Shown here one piece after another: positions 25,053-27,270 of a stretch of DNA of 27,270 nt. Origin of the DNA: a virus (taxonomy: Duplodnaviria; Caudoviricetes); IMG/VR virus record IMGVR_UViG_3300032226_000230, positions 1 to 27,270 of that record; one strand, 5' to 3'. The position numbers were made by a program, and so were the translations under genes. The stretch's first letter is position 1. Each line of letters opens with the position of its first letter. The notes under the pieces are model-generated. The model was not told where the DNA came from. It worked only from the letters and a program-made list of their open reading frames with translations, and did no database searches.

Positions 25053-25655
25053 TCACATGGTGGGTCCGTTGCCACTCTTGAATCCAACGCTTCCGCCTTC
25101 AGCTTCAATACGTGCGATAACGTCTTCAAACAATATGGGCGCAAAATCAGTTTGTTCCACACATACGCAATGGTAACGAACATCGTTTTCATCGCTGTAT
25201 AAAACTTCACCAGTTCTAGCATCAACTCCGCGAGCCCGCTTCACACGATTTGCGTGAGTATGACCGTGAATGTTGACTCCAAACCGACCCATAGAATCTG
25301 AGTGTAATGGAATGTGACTTAAGATCATGCCGTTCATAACATGGTACGCACGTAATTCTCTAAAGTACTGCCTATACTCGTCATCTCTGAAGATGTCGTG
25401 GTTGCCGCGGATTAACACCTTGTCACCGTTCAAGCGGCTCATAATGCTTAATGCTTTGCGGTTGATAACAACATCGCCCAAATGATACACTTTGTCAGTG
25501 GGCTTGACCCGTTCGTTCCAAGCCTTGACCATGGCTTCATCCATTTCCTCTGCTGAGTCCCATGGACGAAGTTTTGTAACACCATCGTTACGAGTGAAGC
25601 GACATACACCAGTATGTCCAAAATGTGTGTCGCTTACTAAGAATACACTTGGCAT
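25053..25655 (-). CDS. Calcineurin-like phosphoesterase
   Basis: SDTHFGH, HLGDV, GNHD, SHIP and HGHTH motifs. Confidence 0.92.
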   Translation of the reverse strand: MPSVFLVSDTHFGHTGVCRFTRNDGVTKLRPWDSAEEMDEAMVKAWNERVKPTDKVYHLGDVVINRKALSIMSRLNGDKVLIRGNHDIFRDDEYRQYFRELRAYHVMNGMILSHIPLHSDSMGRFGVNIHGHTHANRVKRARGVDARTGEVLYSDENDVRYHCVCVEQTDFAPILFEDVIARIEAEGGSVGFKSGNGPTM

Positions 25656-25684
25656 ATTCGCCTCCTTTCATTGTTTAATATGTA

Positions 25685-25713
25685 ATTATAACATCAAAAT
25701 CTCAGTGTGTCAA
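25685..25713 (-). promoter_or_regulatory. sigma70-like early promoter
   Basis: TTGACA-N17-TATAAT-TACAT; SD AGGAGG downstream. Confidence 0.85.
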
Positions 25714-26171
25714 ACGTACCAAATTTCTGTAAAGCCTTCTTCTTCAGTTGGCTCTTCCCAATTATCAATCATGCCCTGCACAACTTCCCAGGGAACTTCT
25801 TTGCCAGGACGATTGGCCAAACGTTCTTTGAGAACATCCAGCTCAGGCGTTCGAAACACAATTGCAATGTGCTGGTAGCCTGGAAGCATATTGAATTTTC
25901 TAGCACGACTTTTCACAGTGGTACTGGTTTGATCCCAAATCACAGTGTGCCCATGCTCACGTGCAAACACAACCTGGTTAGCCATAAGCTCAACTGCTCG
26001 GGGCATATAATCGTCAAACACTTCTGTGTAAGTTGATCCGCACTCTCGAGCGTAGTCTTCCACAAACGCATCTGTACTAACCACAGTCAGTCCCAAAGTC
26101 CAAATTTGATTTTTGATCCAAGTACTCTTGCCTGCGGCAGGAACTCCAATCAGTTGATAACACTTGGGCAT
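25710..26171 (-). CDS. P-loop kinase (AAA_33 / polynucleotide-kinase-like)
   Basis: GVPAAGKST, VVSTD, IWDQTS....R and ERLANR motifs. Confidence 0.88.
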   Translation of the reverse strand: MPKCYQLIGVPAAGKSTWIKNQIWTLGLTVVSTDAFVEDYARECGSTYTEVFDDYMPRAVELMANQVVFAREHGHTVIWDQTSTTVKSRARKFNMLPGYQHIAIVFRTPELDVLKERLANRPGKEVPWEVVQGMIDNWEEPTEEEGFTEIWYV

Positions 26172-26362
26172 TACCAATTCTCCACACCTGAAATTTCAGT
26201 CTTGAACTCGCCATCCAGTCCATTGATTTTAGTATGCACTATTAGGCTTGTTACACTACCGATGGCGCCAATATTGTCCTGTATCAACTCAAAACTAGTA
26301 GCCTCTGGGAACTTGTCCATGGCCTCTAGAATTTTTACAACTTCGTCTCTACATAGATACAT
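26171..26362 (-). CDS. Hypothetical protein (63 aa)
   Basis: Coupled by TAATG overlaps on both sides. Confidence 0.7.
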   Translation of the reverse strand: MYLCRDEVVKILEAMDKFPEATSFELIQDNIGAIGSVTSLIVHTKINGLDGEFKTEISGVENW

Positions 26363-26829
26363 TAATCAATACTCCTAAATGTACGCCAATCATCGATGTT
26401 TGGCTTTTCGTCTGAGTCGTATGTCCAACCCAAGGCCTTCATCATACGATGCTTGACCAACAAGTTTGGACTACGCCAACGTCCTACATCATCAAATCCC
26501 ATCATGACTCCTAGCTCACAAACCGCACCCGACCGGCACACACCTGCATAGCAGTGAACTACCACATTCATGCGGTTAGCCAATGCGTGTTGTAGCAAGC
26601 CAACCAGCTCTGCGGCCTGCTCATGACTACACTTCATTGCTTCTTCTAGCACAGAATCCTTTTCTTCCACATCCAAAAACTCAAAGTTGTGACGTTCTTT
26701 AAATTGGTGTTTAGCTTCAGGACGCCAGCTGGCTGGATCCACAATACTAATCAACATACTATTTGGGCCAGCATCGTGATGAAACCCTGTTGGGATATCA
26801 GCAGCCGCTACGTTTTCAATCCATGGCAT
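26362..26829 (-). CDS. PTP/dual-specificity phosphatase-like protein
   Basis: VHCYAGVCRSGA (CX5R), FLD acid loop, SPN; start at MPWIENV with SD AGGAG. Confidence 0.85.
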   Translation of the reverse strand: MPWIENVAAADIPTGFHHDAGPNSMLISIVDPASWRPEAKHQFKERHNFEFLDVEEKDSVLEEAMKCSHEQAAELVGLLQHALANRMNVVVHCYAGVCRSGAVCELGVMMGFDDVGRWRSPNLLVKHRMMKALGWTYDSDEKPNIDDWRTFRSID

Positions 26830-26840
26830 AATTGCTCTCC

Positions 26841-27008
26841 TTAGTGTACTGCTTCTTTTGCGTCCACAGTGCATTCAACTACCCAATTATCAAACTGGGT
26901 AAACTTGTTTACTTCTACACCTAACCCAACTGCTTCATTCACAAAGTGCTGTAATAGCGCATTGTACAATTCGTCAGGCATGGTATCTTTATCAAACTTG
27001 ATTTTCAT
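26841..27008 (-). CDS. Hypothetical protein (55 aa)
   Basis: MKIKFDKD..., ATGA overlap with the upstream gene. Confidence 0.65.
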   Translation of the reverse strand: MKIKFDKDTMPDELYNALLQHFVNEAVGLGVEVNKFTQFDNWVVECTVDAKEAVH

Positions 27009-27235
27009 ACTCGTTCTTTCTTTACACGACCAATACGGCTGGCTTTGTTCCAATCGTATGCAACACCATCTGGGCATACACCGTTTGCCACAGTGTCTAC
27101 TCCAAAGTGTCCAACCACTTCAAATTCTGGGCCTCGAATGGTTACAAAAATGCCAACTGCTTTGGCAAACAACATTGCTTCGTTCAAACTGATAAATCTT
27201 TCCAGTTCTACTTCATTACAAATAACTTTATACAT
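27005..27235 (-). CDS. Hypothetical protein
   Basis: MYKVICNE...; alternative start at 27268. Confidence 0.65.
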   Translation of the reverse strand: MYKVICNEVELERFISLNEAMLFAKAVGIFVTIRGPEFEVVGHFGVDTVANGVCPDGVAYDWNKASRIGRVKKERV

Positions 27236-27270
27236 CTCGTTCTCGCTTTCTCTTTCTATACGTTTCATTA

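Noticed and set aside
8905-27192. Numerous plus-strand ORFs (e.g. 17440..18075, 20298..20804, 13682..14173)
   Set aside because: They are antisense to well-supported minus-strand genes and show no recognisable motifs.
1-27270. Stop-codon reassignment
   Set aside because: Known genes are full length in the standard code, and TAA, TGA and TAG are all used as stops.

Overview
This is a dense, almost entirely minus-strand fragment of a large T4-like (jumbo-type) myophage genome in the standard genetic code. The host is probably proteobacterial, judging from the ErpA, IF-1, YccA and entericidin-like genes and from near-consensus sigma70 promoters. From left to right it holds: a giant (>1580 aa, truncated) gp9/gp10-like virion protein; ErpA; a Zn-finger protein; Fe/Mn-SOD; an Ala/Pro/Lys-rich protein; UvsE; QueD-like; a tail-fibre-like protein; YccA/BI-1; a MazG-like NTP pyrophosphatase; ATP-dependent DNA ligase; two paralogous HExxH proteins; ClpP; an SPFH/lipoprotein/entericidin envelope cluster; two metallophosphoesterases; IF-1; an AbrB-like protein; a PNK-like kinase; and a PTP-like phosphatase. 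The non-coding layer is the most interesting part. (i) A 111-nt tRNA-shaped RNA has its own promoter and an encoded CCA, but a 17-nt structured insert replaces the anticodon loop. (ii) The queD leader can fold into a pseudoknot that competes with a helix masking the start codon, making it a candidate riboswitch. (iii) Two promoter classes are present, sigma70-like TTGAC-N17-TATAAT and T4-late-like TAAATA. Some late genes carry hairpins that occlude the start codon, and three late genes appear leaderless (TAAATA-N5-ATG). All product calls come from motif recognition by eye; no database searches were run.
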